The notes under the pieces are model-generated. The model did no database searches. It was given only the letters and a program-made list of their open reading frames with translations, and had not been told where the DNA came from. This document shows, piece after piece, positions 50,601 to 61,536 of a stretch of 64,000 nucleotides of DNA. Source of the stretch: Octopus vulgaris (taxonomy: Eukaryota); the NCBI GenBank assembly GCA_951406725.2, contig OX597823.1, forward strand, positions 81,158,001 to 81,222,000, written 5' to 3'. Both the position numbers and the translations under genes were made by a program. Each line of letters begins with the position of its first letter. Positions within the stretch are counted from its first letter, which is position 1.

Positions 50601-53600
50601 AGGCATTAGGAAGGTGGCTAACCAACTACTGAAACACATGTGAACCTTTCAGCGACCCCTAAATTTCTAGTATCATGACTAGAATATGGCTCTCAGTTTT
50701 TGAATATACAAGACACCAGCAGTACCCCATATATGAGGGAAAGGACAATATGATCCATTATACAAAATAAAACACCTCCTGGACACTGTACAAGTTATTT
50801 AAAATCATGTTACTAACCTGGAAAAAAGGATGTCTGGTAGATTATGAATGCTGGATACAAATCTAGAATTATATTCCAGGCAAGCCCACAAAATTGGATA
50901 AATCTTTTGAAGTTTTAAATGGGTAATAACTACAGTAGTTGAAATCAGCAGGGATAAGGTTACAATGTAGTTGAGGAAATTAACACTTCCATATTATACC
51001 CAAGGTCATATATATAAATATATAAACTGGTATTTCAGTTTGGTCAGATCTGTAGTGAACTTAGAAGCTATGGCAACATATGTGTGTCACAGTAATTGCA
51101 AATAGAATAGGACTGCTGTTGGATATAAAAAGAAGCAAAATTAAAAATAGGTAAAATAAACTATTGGCAGGAAGGAAATTTGCCAACAACTCTATACAGA
51201 GATAGGAAATTAATTTACCTATCAACTTATGCTCAACTTCATGTTGTTGAGAAAAATGGCACACTATTTGTAAATCTCAAATACAATTACATAGACAATG
51301 TCGAACAGATGAATCAGATGTTGGGTGATTACATACTTGGTATGGGTACTGTGAATACTTCTTTTATGATACTATATACTTAACCACAAGAGAAGCAGAA
51401 CTGATGCAATGATCTGCAGATCTGAGCATATGTTGCAATGCAATTGAGAACAGACAAATTATTCTATATAAAAAGTTTGATTTAGGCACAAGGCCAACAG
51501 TTTTGCAAGTGAGGGAGTTAGTCAGTACCAACAACCTTGGTAGTTGATTGGTACTTTTTTTTTAGCAACCCTAGAGAGATGAAAAGCTAAGTTGATATCA
51601 AAAGGATTTGGATTCTGGACACAAGTGTTGAACAAAGAATTTTTTCCAAAACTCTAAAGACTCAGCCAATAATTGAATACCTATTGGTGGTTAAATCAAA
51701 AAATTGCCGGAGAGATATCTCTAAACTCAGCCAATCTCAATAAAACAGAAAAAGAAGAAAAAAAGAAAGGAAAAAAAAAAAAAATTCAATTGCCATAAGA
51801 GGTTGTGTTGAGAATGCCAACATCAGAAAAGGAAAGCTCCTAGCAGATGGCTAATTGAAACAACTTTCCAATGGGCATTCTGCCAGATTGTATAATGCAA
51901 TGTAGGAAGCTTTACCACCTTTCACAAAAGAAGTGTGTGTGTGTGTGTAATATGAAATTTAATTTTGTAAAACACTATTTTTAAATTTAGCATTTTCAAT
52001 TTTTTTTAATTATTAATCTAAACTTTTGATTTATCTATGAGTGACAAATATTAGTGAATCACTGAGTATGTGTGTGTATGTATTTACATAATTTGTTTCC
52101 AAGCAGTTCAGTTATTATTTCATAGTATTTTACATTTATACTGCATCCGTTTTATAGGCAAATTCAATTGAAAATCCAATAATGTGCATAATTCTTCTAT
52201 ATTACATTTGTCTGTGTTTAAAATACACTACTGTATAATGTGAACCTTTAAGGGTAATAACATCTCATGTAAAGTACTGACTTTTCTTTAATATTGATTT
52301 CAAATTTTGGCACAAGAACAGCAAGTTTGTAGGAATTAGTAAGTCAACTACATTGACCCCAGTGGTCAACTGGAACTTATTTTATCGACCCCAAAAGAAA
52401 GAAAGGCAAAATCAACCTTGGCAGAGTATTTTAAACTCAGAATGTAAAGACAAATGAAATGTCACCAAGCATTTTGCCCAGCCTGCTAATGACTGCCAGT
52501 TTGCCACCTTGACTGATTTTGCTTTAATATGATAAATGCAAGTGTTTAGTCAGATTTATAATTGAAAAGTTCATGTACCTTAAATGGAGAAAAAAAAACT
52601 TAAATCCTAAGGTGACTTACAAACTTTACTGGTGTAAGCCATAAAAGTACACCTAGTCGAGTCAACATGGCAGATTTTTTTTCTAGAAAATCAGTTTGGT
52701 TATGATACTGATGGTAGTCTTATGTAAGTTTTACACTCATTTACACTTCTCTCTCTAACTGAGATAGCCATGTATCTTCTCTATTGCAAGTCACCTCTTT
52801 CTGTCTCCCAATTCATTACCAGTCACAAAACCACTTCCCTCAATACTTCTCCCAACTCAGTTGAGGGGGCTTGTCTTGCAAGTTACTAGGTGATTTCACT
52901 GCTGCTGGTGCCACATAAAAAGCACCCAGTGCACTCTGTAAAGTGGTTAGTATTAAGAAGGGCACTGAACCATAGCAACCATAATGAAGCAGACAGAGCC
53001 TGGAGCAGGCTTCTGACTCGCCAGCCCCAGTCAATTCATCCAACCCAAGCCAACACTGAAGGGGGGGGGGGGCATTAAATGACAATGATAATATAGTATT
53101 CAGTTTGTATAATGATGCAAGTGTGTTAGAGTTGTTACACGAGATCAATATGTTCATCATTTAAGTATGGTTTATAAAAGAAAACAAAACACCCCCTTTT
53201 TTTTTAAAATATACATATAAAATATCAGTAAATGTCTCAATAAATTCTGATACAGTTTCATTATCTTTGCTATTCTCCAGTTAATTTAAGGTTATGCAAA
53301 AGCAGAGTTTTTCTTGAATTTTATAAAACATCTTTTGCTCGCATGAAATTCTGGCTTATTAGCAGTTTATTCCAATCTGCACATAAACTGATAAGACTTT
53401 TTTTAATTAATACAAGATGCAAGACTATTTCTTTCTATGCTGGCCATCAATGTATACTTTTACTGAATTCTCCATTTGTTACCAACACTTTACTGCATTT
53501 TAGGGACATAATTTTTACTGATATATTTCTTACATTATGCGGTGGTTGGTGTTAGAAAGGGCATCCAGCCATAGAAACACTGCCAGATCTGACTGGGCCT

Positions 53601-56600
53601 GACGAAGCCTTCCAGCTTCACAGACCCCAGTTGACCCGTCCAACCCATGCTAGCATGGAAAGCGGACGTTAAATGATGATGATGATTATGCATGTCCTTT
53701 ATTATTATCTCTAATAATTGAAAACTTTGTCACATTCAGAACCCTTATTATTGGAGCAAGACCACAAATTTGAGGGAGGGCGGGGCGGCAACAGTAGATT
53801 ATATCAACTCTAGTGTTTGAATGGTACTTGATTTTATTGATCCTGAAAGGATGAAAAGCAAAGTCAATTTTGTCAGGATTTGAAGGCAGTCTGTAATCTA
53901 TATATATAAAACTGTAGTTGTGTGAGTGTCTGTCCCCTTCGATTTAGATTCCTAACTACTCCCACATTTTGCGGTGCAGTTTAACCAAATTCAGGTATCT
54001 TATAGTCGTGATTCATATCTAGCCCGTCTGGGTATTAGCGCGCGTCTACGATTTAAAAAATAATTTAACATAATTTTTTATTCCATTTTAATGCATATTT
54101 TTTCGTGTGTCGATGGTGGCGGAGTTGGCGTCCATGGTCACAGCTGCACCTGTGTTGCTTCTCCCCCTTCTTCCCTCCCTCGTGAAGCTGTGGGGAAGGG
54201 AGTGTAAGGAAATCAACGTCGTAAAGCGTTGACAAGGAGACCAGCGTTCTTTTAGAACAACGACTTCATGGCTTGAAGACACCAAAACAGAAATGGCTAA
54301 GAAAGCCCGAATTGGCATCTATAAGGGAAGTAACTCTCTAAAAATGCTTATATAGTTATTTCCCTTACAAACCTGAGCAACGCCGGGCGATACTGCTAGT
54401 ACATTATAAATTCACAATGCCATAAATTGAATAACCCACTGCATCAGTTTATTTACAACCAGAAACAGAAAAACTGAGCACATCCATCTATACAGACCAT
54501 CTCACATGTGTAGAATATTATCCATTTATCGAAACTGGATAATTAGTGATGTCCCCTCCCACTGCATGAAAAACCTGTATATTCATAATCATTATTATAA
54601 GGAGTAAGACCATACATCACTAAAAATATCTAAACATATCTAAATGTCTTACATCAAGTTTAGCTTCACTCTCCATCACATTCCACATTTTGAGTGGGGA
54701 TGGCACATAAAAGGGCACCATTTGAGCGTGATCGTTACTGGCACCTGTGCTGGTGGCATGTGTAAAAGGATTTGAGCAAGGTTGTGTTGCCAGTACCACC
54801 TGACTGGTCCCTGTGCCGGTGGCACGTAAAAGCACCCACTACACTCTCGGAGTGGTTGGCGTTCGGAAGGGAATCCAGCTGTAGGAACTCCGCCAGATCT
54901 GATTGGAGCCTGGTGCAGCCATCTGGTTCGCCAGTTCTCAGTCAAATCGTCCAACCAATGCTAGCACGAAAAGCGGGCGTTAAACGATGATGATGATGAT
55001 GATGATGATCTAAATGTCTTACATTAAGTTTAGCTTCACTCTCCATCACATTCCTCATTTTGAGTGGGGATTCAATACAATGTAGTGTGCTGATCTCTAC
55101 TTGGGTATAAATTATATTTAGTATGATCTGATCTATTCATTAAACAATCAATCCTTCATAAAAGGAATTTAATTCTTTCCTTTTGTTATAATGTAAAAGT
55201 TGGCGCAGAAGGAATCATTTTCAGACTGAGACATTATTTTGATAGATTCTTAAGAGCTACTAATTCATTTAACAATCATTTGTAAATAGGATCTTATGAA
55301 GGATACAATTAGTGCAACTTTATTTAGGCCAATTTATTTAGTAGCTTCCAAGCTTTGTCAAATTGTTGAATTCTGTGGATATTGAATTAGTTAAGTTTAA
55401 GCAAGCCTAAAGACAAAGAATAATCAACTGATAGAAACATACCTGCTATACTCTGTACATAGTATAGATGGAATAATTTACAAATAAAATTGTTTGATTT
55501 GTTACACTTAAGGGCAGTAAATTATTCATATTGCAGTAACAATTAAAAAATGAATATATTGAATGAAACAAGAAAAAAAAATTCAACTTACCAACTTGTT
55601 CTTTCTTTATCTCAGTCAGAGCAAGAGCATCTATTTTGTCTTTCTCAGCTGGAGGGATACCTGCTCCATCAATTTGATTCATCAACTACAAAATGAAGAT
55701 CAGAAATTTATCATTAAGCTAGACAGACAATATCACCATGTACATACACATTTCACACATACATACACACAAGTATACGTATCAAATTGGTGCTTTCTAT
55801 TTGATACATGTGAAGGAACATGGCTCAGTGGTTAGAGTGTCAAGCTAATGATCATGAGGTTGTGAGTTCGAATACTGGACCGGGCTGTGTGTTGCGTTCT
55901 TGAGCTACACACTTTATTTCACATTGCTCCAGTTCACTCAACTGTAGAAATGAGTTGCAACATCACTGGTGCCAAGCTGTATTGGCCTTTACCATTCCCT
56001 TGGATAACACTGGTGGCATGGAGAGGGGAGGCCAGTATGCATGGGCAACTGCTGGTCTTCCATAAACAACCTTGCCCGGACTTGTGCCTGGGAGGGTAAC
56101 TTTCTAGGTGCAATCCCATGGTCAGTCATGACCGAAGAGGGTCTCAGCATTTGATACATTCACTGTTTAACATGCCAAAAGCCCCACCGGATCTTGTTCA
56201 ATCACTGAAGTTAAGTAGTAATGAGCCTAGTTAGTACTTAGATGAGTGATAAGTGTTTAAGTGCTGTAAGCATTACTTCCTAGTAGGTATAAGCCTAACT
56301 ATATACTTAAGTCCTCTTTTCAATCATATGGTTCCAAAATCAGTCTCAATGCACAGCACATTGGCCAAGTGTGTAAACCTAAGCAATGCCTTACAAGGGA
56401 ATGTGGTAGGCAGAAACTGTATGAAGCCCATCAAGTGTGTGTTTGTTTACATCCCACATGCTTTGAGCTCCAAGCAGCGAAGTTTGCTATCATTTTCCTG
56501 TCAACAAACCATCTGCTGGCTCTGTACTTTTGAAAATGAGTGAAATAAGAGATCTACTTGAAAAACATAAGAGATAGGGACACAAAGGGCATTTGGCTGT

Positions 56601-58167
56601 AAAACAATGATTCAATAACAATAATATCTGTCTAATCTAGGCTAACATGGAAAAATGTGTAAAACAAATATACCATCACTGGCTTCACAAACCACCGGTG
56701 GAGATGGAGAAACCTCAAAACACATGGTACATCCTGGTTCAGAGAAAATATTAATAATGCAGGAGATGAAGCCATAGCATTAAAAGTAAACTCCTTTTGA
56801 AATTATACACCCTATACTTCACTAACCTAACTAAGAGAACTCAATCAAACTTCACTTTCTGCTAGGCACACACAGCCACCACAACCAGATGGCAAACAAT
56901 ACCCACAACCATCTTCTGATCATCTAGCCTTTCTCACACATTCAAATAAAGTACTTGGATAAATTTTAAAATAAACCAGTGAAAATAGTTCTATAAACAA
57001 CATCAAGGTTTAAAGAATTTACAATGCTACAATCACCAACAGATACATGCAGTCAACATGCTTCCCAAAAACATTTCCCAAAAACCAACAAAAAAATACA
57101 ATCCTACTCAAAACAATAACTGCTAAACATATTAAGCTATTGCTGCATAGATAACAACCACATGCACAAAGGAGGAATTTAAAGAATTAAATACCCAGAA
57201 CAATAAACTTCAGCTCTGGACATAAAACATTCACAAAAAAATCTGTAAAAATAATTTTTTAAATACTAACCTGGCTTATAACAGAATCTAATCCACCGGC
57301 ACCCCATGCATAGTCCCCAGGGTTTGCATGAAGAGGAAATATGTTTCTGAAGAAAACAAGAAAAAAGACATGTGTATGTGTGTGTGCGTGTATGTATATA
57401 TATATACACACATACATAAAGAGAATATAAAGTAGAAAAGTATTTTGAAATATCAATGTTTTGAATCGATGATTCATCACAACCAAGATAAGATTTAACA
57501 GAACGACAAAGTGAATTACTGGATAATTTTTGGTAAGCTGACCACTGAATATATAATATATAAAAGGAAAAGCATAACCAAATGCTAACTGAACATTTTC
57601 ATCAAGTGAGTTTAATCCTTTTGTTTCCAAATCACTCATGATCACCTTTGGTTCTGTGTTAAAAGCCACCTGCATTTATCTATTCATATTTAAACTAAAA
57701 TATTGGGCACTGTCATGCCTTTGGTTGTCAGAAGTGAAAGTAGTCAACTTCGTGTATTTCCGTCAGGTTTATACCTTCGTTAATTTATGCCGTTTATTTA
57801 CGTACTACCACGCTGTTAGGTTTATAAAACAATTGAAGTTCAGTTTAAAGTTTATAAATAAATACATTTCATTCCATGTTCTGTTTAAACTTTATAAATA
57901 AATATATTCTTGCATTATTCATTATTGTTTTTAAAAAAGAAATCACACCAAATCTGCACAAATGACCACCACCACCGCGATCACATACACCAATCATACA
58001 CACGTGTGCGTGTGTGTATATGTGGCTATATGTCTGACTAATGTGTGTGTGTCTGTATTTATTGTATGTGCGTATAAGTAGTTATATGCTTATATTATCC
58101 ATTATAGTAATATTTTTCTGTTGAAATCCGTTTTAAGGCAGTCAATAGTTTAATTAAAGATGTGTCT

Positions 58168-58199
<32 letters not shown>

Positions 58200-60971
58200 A
58201 CATGTGTATACATATATATATACATGTGTATATATACATGTGTATACATATATATATATACACACATGTGTATACATTACACATGAAATGTATTTATTTA
58301 TAAACTTTAAACTGAACTTCAATTGTTTTATAAACCTAACAGCGTGGTGGTACGTAAATAAACGGCGTAAATTAACGAAGGTATAAACCTAACGGAAATA
58401 TACGAAGTTGACTACTTTCACTTCCGACAATCAAAGGCATGACAGTGCCAAATATTGGTTTCAAATTCTGGCACAAGGCCAGCAATTTCGGGAGAGAGGA
58501 TAAGTCAATTACATTGATTCCAGTGCTCAACCGGTACTTATTTTATTGACTCCCAAAAGGATGAAAGGCAAAGTCAATCCCAACAGAATTTGAACCCAGA
58601 ACAAAGCATAAAGACAGACGAAATGCTGTCAAGCATTTTGCCCAGAGTGTTAACAATTCTGCCAGCTCACTTTTTTTAGAACTAAAATATTGATGAAATT
58701 CTTGTATTAATAACATCAGCAGATTTCACTGCTTCCACAATGCTAGACATTTTAGTGCAGAAAGTTCCATTGAAATGTTTTAAAATTCAAAACAGGTGAG
58801 AGAAAATGGTGAAGCTTGTTCACAAGTATCATGATGTCAACACAAGGACAAACACACACATGCAGGCACACACGCAGCTTTTGTCAGCCTTGGGCTAAAG
58901 AATAAGACATTTGCCTATGGTACTGCACAGTGGAACTGAACTAAAAAAATCACATTGTTGGGAAGCAAGCTTATAAATCACACACCTGAATTTAATTAAA
59001 CTTGGTTTTTAATTTTATCATAACTTTAAATCACAATGAATAATATCACAAGGAGTGAGGTTACCACAAGTTATTAAATGCTTAGAGGGTACAGCAGTGA
59101 GTTGAATTCCTAGTCATTTGGCAATGTCTCTCATTCATTTGGGTTTGTATCATTAAAAACAAGCTGTTAGGTATGTAACTATTTAGGTAATCTTACTATG
59201 ACCCTGCATAACACTATCTACTTACACTACATTTTGAGAGAACATATCTAGAGCATTGAGATAAGACTGCATTAATATTCAATTAAGAGAAGGCATGTGG
59301 CTAGTATATTCGTCTTAATGATCACATGGTCGGGAGTTCAATTCCTGGCAGTGCACTGTGTCCCCGAGCAAGATACATTATTTGTTGTGCTCCAGTCAAC
59401 TCAGCTGGCAAAAATGAGCTGTACCTGTAATTCAAAGGAGCTGCCTTGTCATGCTGAACCTTCTTGATGTTAATGGTATGCAAGTCTGTGGAGTGCTCAG
59501 CCACTTGCAAGTTAATTTCACAAGCAGGTTGTTCAGTTGCTTGTATCAACTGGGACACTAATCGTCATAATTGACAGAGCCAAGCTTAATCTTCAATTAG
59601 AATAGTTTCAAGACAAAAATTTAGTCGGGTTCATGAAAGAACCTTTTACTATGCTGTTACAAACTCCATCATATATTAACAAATGTAAGTTATAGCTGCT
59701 TTGTGAAACTTGTCTAAATTCTTGACAATTTAAAAATTTAATTGAAACATTCAAAATTAAAACACAGTAGCAAAAAGGTTAATGTTTTGCATCCAAGATC
59801 TTGTGAGCTATCAGATTTTGAAAATTAATCACTACATGATCACGATTTTACATACTAAGAGCAAGTCCCAAAAGCACTTAAATTTTAAGATCTTAAACAT
59901 TTGTTTTCATTGTGAATATTCTGAAAATGATAGATAGAAGAATAGCTCAGTTAAACTGTAGAGTAAGAATCATAATTGTCAAAACAATTTTAAACTTGGA
60001 CAAGGATTATCTTCATATCAATTGAATTTTTAGCTATGTTTAGGTTTTAAACTTTCCAATAATACAGTATCATCGTTTAGCGTCCGCTTTCCAACCACTC
60101 TGTGAGTGTAGTGGGTGCTTTTTACGTGCCAGACGAGGCTGGCAAACGGCCACGATCGGATGGTGCTTTTTACGTGCCACCGGCACGGAAGCCAGTCGGG
60201 GCGGCGCTGGCAACGGCCACGTTCGGAACTTTATGTAAAAAAAATTTTTATTTTAATTTAGTCAAAATATTGAACATCTTTTTTATACTGAGTATACTTT
60301 AACCCTTTAGCATTCACATTAATGCTTATTTTTGCTTTTATTTATTCCAGTTATTAGACCGTGGCCATGCTGGAGCACTGCATTGGAGAATTTTTTAGTT
60401 GAATGAATGGATCCCAGTACTTATTTTTTTTTTAAAGCCTGGTACTTAGTCTATTGGTCTCTTTTGCTGAACCACTAGGTTGCAAGGGTGTAAACATACC
60501 AGCACCAGTTGTCAAGCAATGGTAGGGGAACAAACACACACACACTATGGGCTTCTTTGAATTTCTGTCTACCATATCCATTCACAAGGTTTTGGTAGGC
60601 CCAAGGTGTCAACACAGTGGGACTGAACCCAGTGCCTGGAACCATGTGGTTGGGAAGCAAGCTTCTTACTATACAGCCATGTCTATTCACATTGTTTTGA
60701 ATTGACAATGCAGTATCTCATAGCTTCAAGATTCAAATGCGATTGTTTATTTTCAGAATGGCATTGTAGGGTAGGTATAAGAGCCCAGGTCTGGCTGGTT
60801 TGAACACAAAAGTAAAATATTTAAGCCAGTTACGGCCAATTTAAATACTAAAGTGTTAAGAAAACAAAACGTGTGCATTATCCAATTACTAATGAAGAAA
60901 CTTAATACACTTACAACATTCCAGCATTTGGCATTTCTTGTTGCAAAGGACTAATAAATTGCAATAATAGC
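39564..60971 (-). CDS. RNF115/RNF126: RNF115/RNF126-like RING-H2 E3 ubiquitin-protein ligase, 5'-partial; join of exons 60971-60915, 57346-57271, 55685-55592, 45580-45465, 39656-39564
   Basis: Spliced translation: LLLQFISPLQQEMPNAGML-NIFPLHANPGDYAWGAGGLDSVISQ-LMNQIDGAGIPPAEKDKIDALALTEIKKEQV-DKNLQCPICLNEFELSEQVKELGCNHQYHINCIDQWLLR-HGNCPVCRKDLNGRDTTAKHYSSSTSMDLS*. Contains the LHxNPxDYAWG..GLD..I.QL motif and C3H2C3 RING typical of RNF115/RNF126. All four introns are GT-AG with matching phases (2,0,1,0). N-terminal Zn-finger exons not seen in the window. Confidence 0.95.
40523..40857 (+). mobile_element. SINE family A, diverged copy in the last RNF intron
   Basis: ggttccgggttcagt B-box region and caagtaaaagataaaa tail. 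Confidence 0.75.
42636..43232 (+). mobile_element. CR1-clade LINE fragment, internally deleted, with 3' UTR and (ATT)n tail
   Basis: GVP.GS...YINDI, QQWIMDWQLKLSVDKC and DFQKHFF..RVAEAWNKLP motifs; 3' stem-loop gtagtgcacccgagcactat. Confidence 0.85.
43233..43857 (-). mobile_element. 5'-truncated CR1-clade LINE (intact ORF2 C-terminal ~180 aa and 3' UTR)
   Basis: LKLYTAMVRPHLEFASSVWNPY...LESVQRRATK...YSERL..LG...LRR...TRGH...RKHFFTLRVAEAWNKLP; same terminal stem-loop and ATT tail. Confidence 0.92.
44866..45419. mobile_element. Tc1/mariner-type MITE interrupted by an RTE-derived insertion
   Basis: 24-bp inverted repeat tgggcaaaagtaggtatacagttg / caactgtatacctacttttgccca; right end ccctg|ta. 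Confidence 0.65.
45465..45580 (-). CDS. RNF115/RNF126: RNF115/RNF126-like RING-H2 exon (116 nt; CPIC...CNH..H..C...W)
   Basis: Acceptor ctcttttag, donor AGG/gtaagt; encodes the first six RING-H2 metal ligands. Confidence 0.95.
53897..54399 (+). mobile_element. Non-autonomous Helitron
   Basis: A|TC start, cc(t)gagcaacgccggg hairpin, CTAG|T end; shares both ends with 23765-24131. Confidence 0.85.
54702..55007 (+). mobile_element. RTE 3'-end insertion (family B) with 64-bp flanking direct repeat
   Basis: Direct repeat 54638-54701 / 55008-55071 with 2 mismatches; (GAT)n tail. Confidence 0.88.
55592..55685 (-). CDS. RNF115/RNF126: RNF115/RNF126-like exon (94 nt; LMNQIDGAGIPPAEKDKIDALALTEIKKEQV)
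   Basis: Acceptor ttttgtag, donor TTG/gtaagt; resembles [21 protein letters not shown] of RNF126. Confidence 0.95.
55812..56145 (+). mobile_element. tRNA-derived CORE-like SINE (family E)
   Basis: tggctcagtgg A box, gagttcgaatac B box, cttgagc...actttatttcac.ttgctccagttcactca.ctgtagaaatg core; the 3' half recurs at 63121-63318(-). Confidence 0.8.
56170..56274 (+). pseudogene. 5S rRNA pseudogene (or 5S-derived SINE head)
   Basis: caccggatcttgttcaatcactgaagttaag...gagcctagttagtacttagatgagtga...gtgctgtaagc is collinear with metazoan 5S rRNA (box A, intermediate element, box C, 3' stem), with CpG decay. Confidence 0.78.
57271..57346 (-). CDS. RNF115/RNF126: RNF115/RNF126-like exon (76 nt; NIFPLHANPGDYAWGAGGLDSVISQ)
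   Basis: Acceptor gttttcttcag, donor CAG/gttagt; conserved DYAWG motif. Confidence 0.95.
57706..58449. mobile_element. Merlin-like non-autonomous DNA transposon (TIR about 167 bp, 8-bp TSD)
   Basis: TSD AAATATTG at 57698-57705 and 58450-58457; termini GGCAC...GTGCC; near-identical long TIRs around a microsatellite-rich core. Confidence 0.82.
58455..58675 (-). mobile_element. SINE family C copy
   Basis: Family core present; apparent TSD aactaaaatattg at 57693-57705 and 58680-58692. Confidence 0.8.
59290..59582 (+). mobile_element. CORE-like SINE (family F), diverged
   Basis: gagttcaattcc B box, CORE-like segment, then a ctgtacctgtaattcaaagg...gtggagtgctcagccacttgca body shared with 63319-63430(-) and about 35380-35530(-). 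Confidence 0.7.
60303..60855. mobile_element. TTAA MITE (family 2) with nested SINE family A copy (about 60337-60682)
   Basis: TTAA|CCCTTTAGCATT...; the MITE body resumes after the SINE and ends aatactaaagtg|ttaa. Confidence 0.72.
60915..60971 (-). CDS. RNF115/RNF126: RNF115/RNF126-like internal exon (57 nt; LLLQFISPLQQEMPNAGM)
   Basis: Acceptor ttttgcag, donor TT/gtaagt. The terminal TT joins the first A of the next exon to give TTA. Position corresponds to the GIIQQL segment of vertebrate homologues. Confidence 0.8.
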
Positions 60972-61536
60972 CTGCAAAATAAATAAATCAAATATAAAAA
61001 CCTGAACAAAATTTAATAGTCAATAAAAAATATCAAAGTGCTGCATGGTTATAATATATAATTAAAAAAAAAAAAACAAAAAAAGAACATCCAAGCAAAC
61101 CCTAGCATTAGGGAAAAAGACAAAAAGTTAAATGACCTGCATATGTACAGTTAAAACTTTTGGTACACAATTGCAGAATTTAACAGATTGATAGTTCCAA
61201 AACGTGCAATATATGGTTGAAACCAAAATCTTTTGTTTGATCTGTCTGCTTTTCCATGCTAATATGGCTTAAATGAATGTGTTCTCAAGGTATTGTCATT
61301 TTTTTTAATAGCCAGATGCCTTTTTTGAGAATAAATTTTCAAGTAAGGGATCTCTTATTCCAAATGGTTTCAAAAGCACAAAGAAACTGGACAAGTTACT
61401 GACAGGAATGGTGCTATCAACACCATTATATGGACAAAATTTCCAAATGAGTAAGCATAGATGAAAGAAATATACACATACACAAATGTATGTGTGTGTT
61501 TAGGTACATATCTCTCTCTCTAGAGATTTATATATA

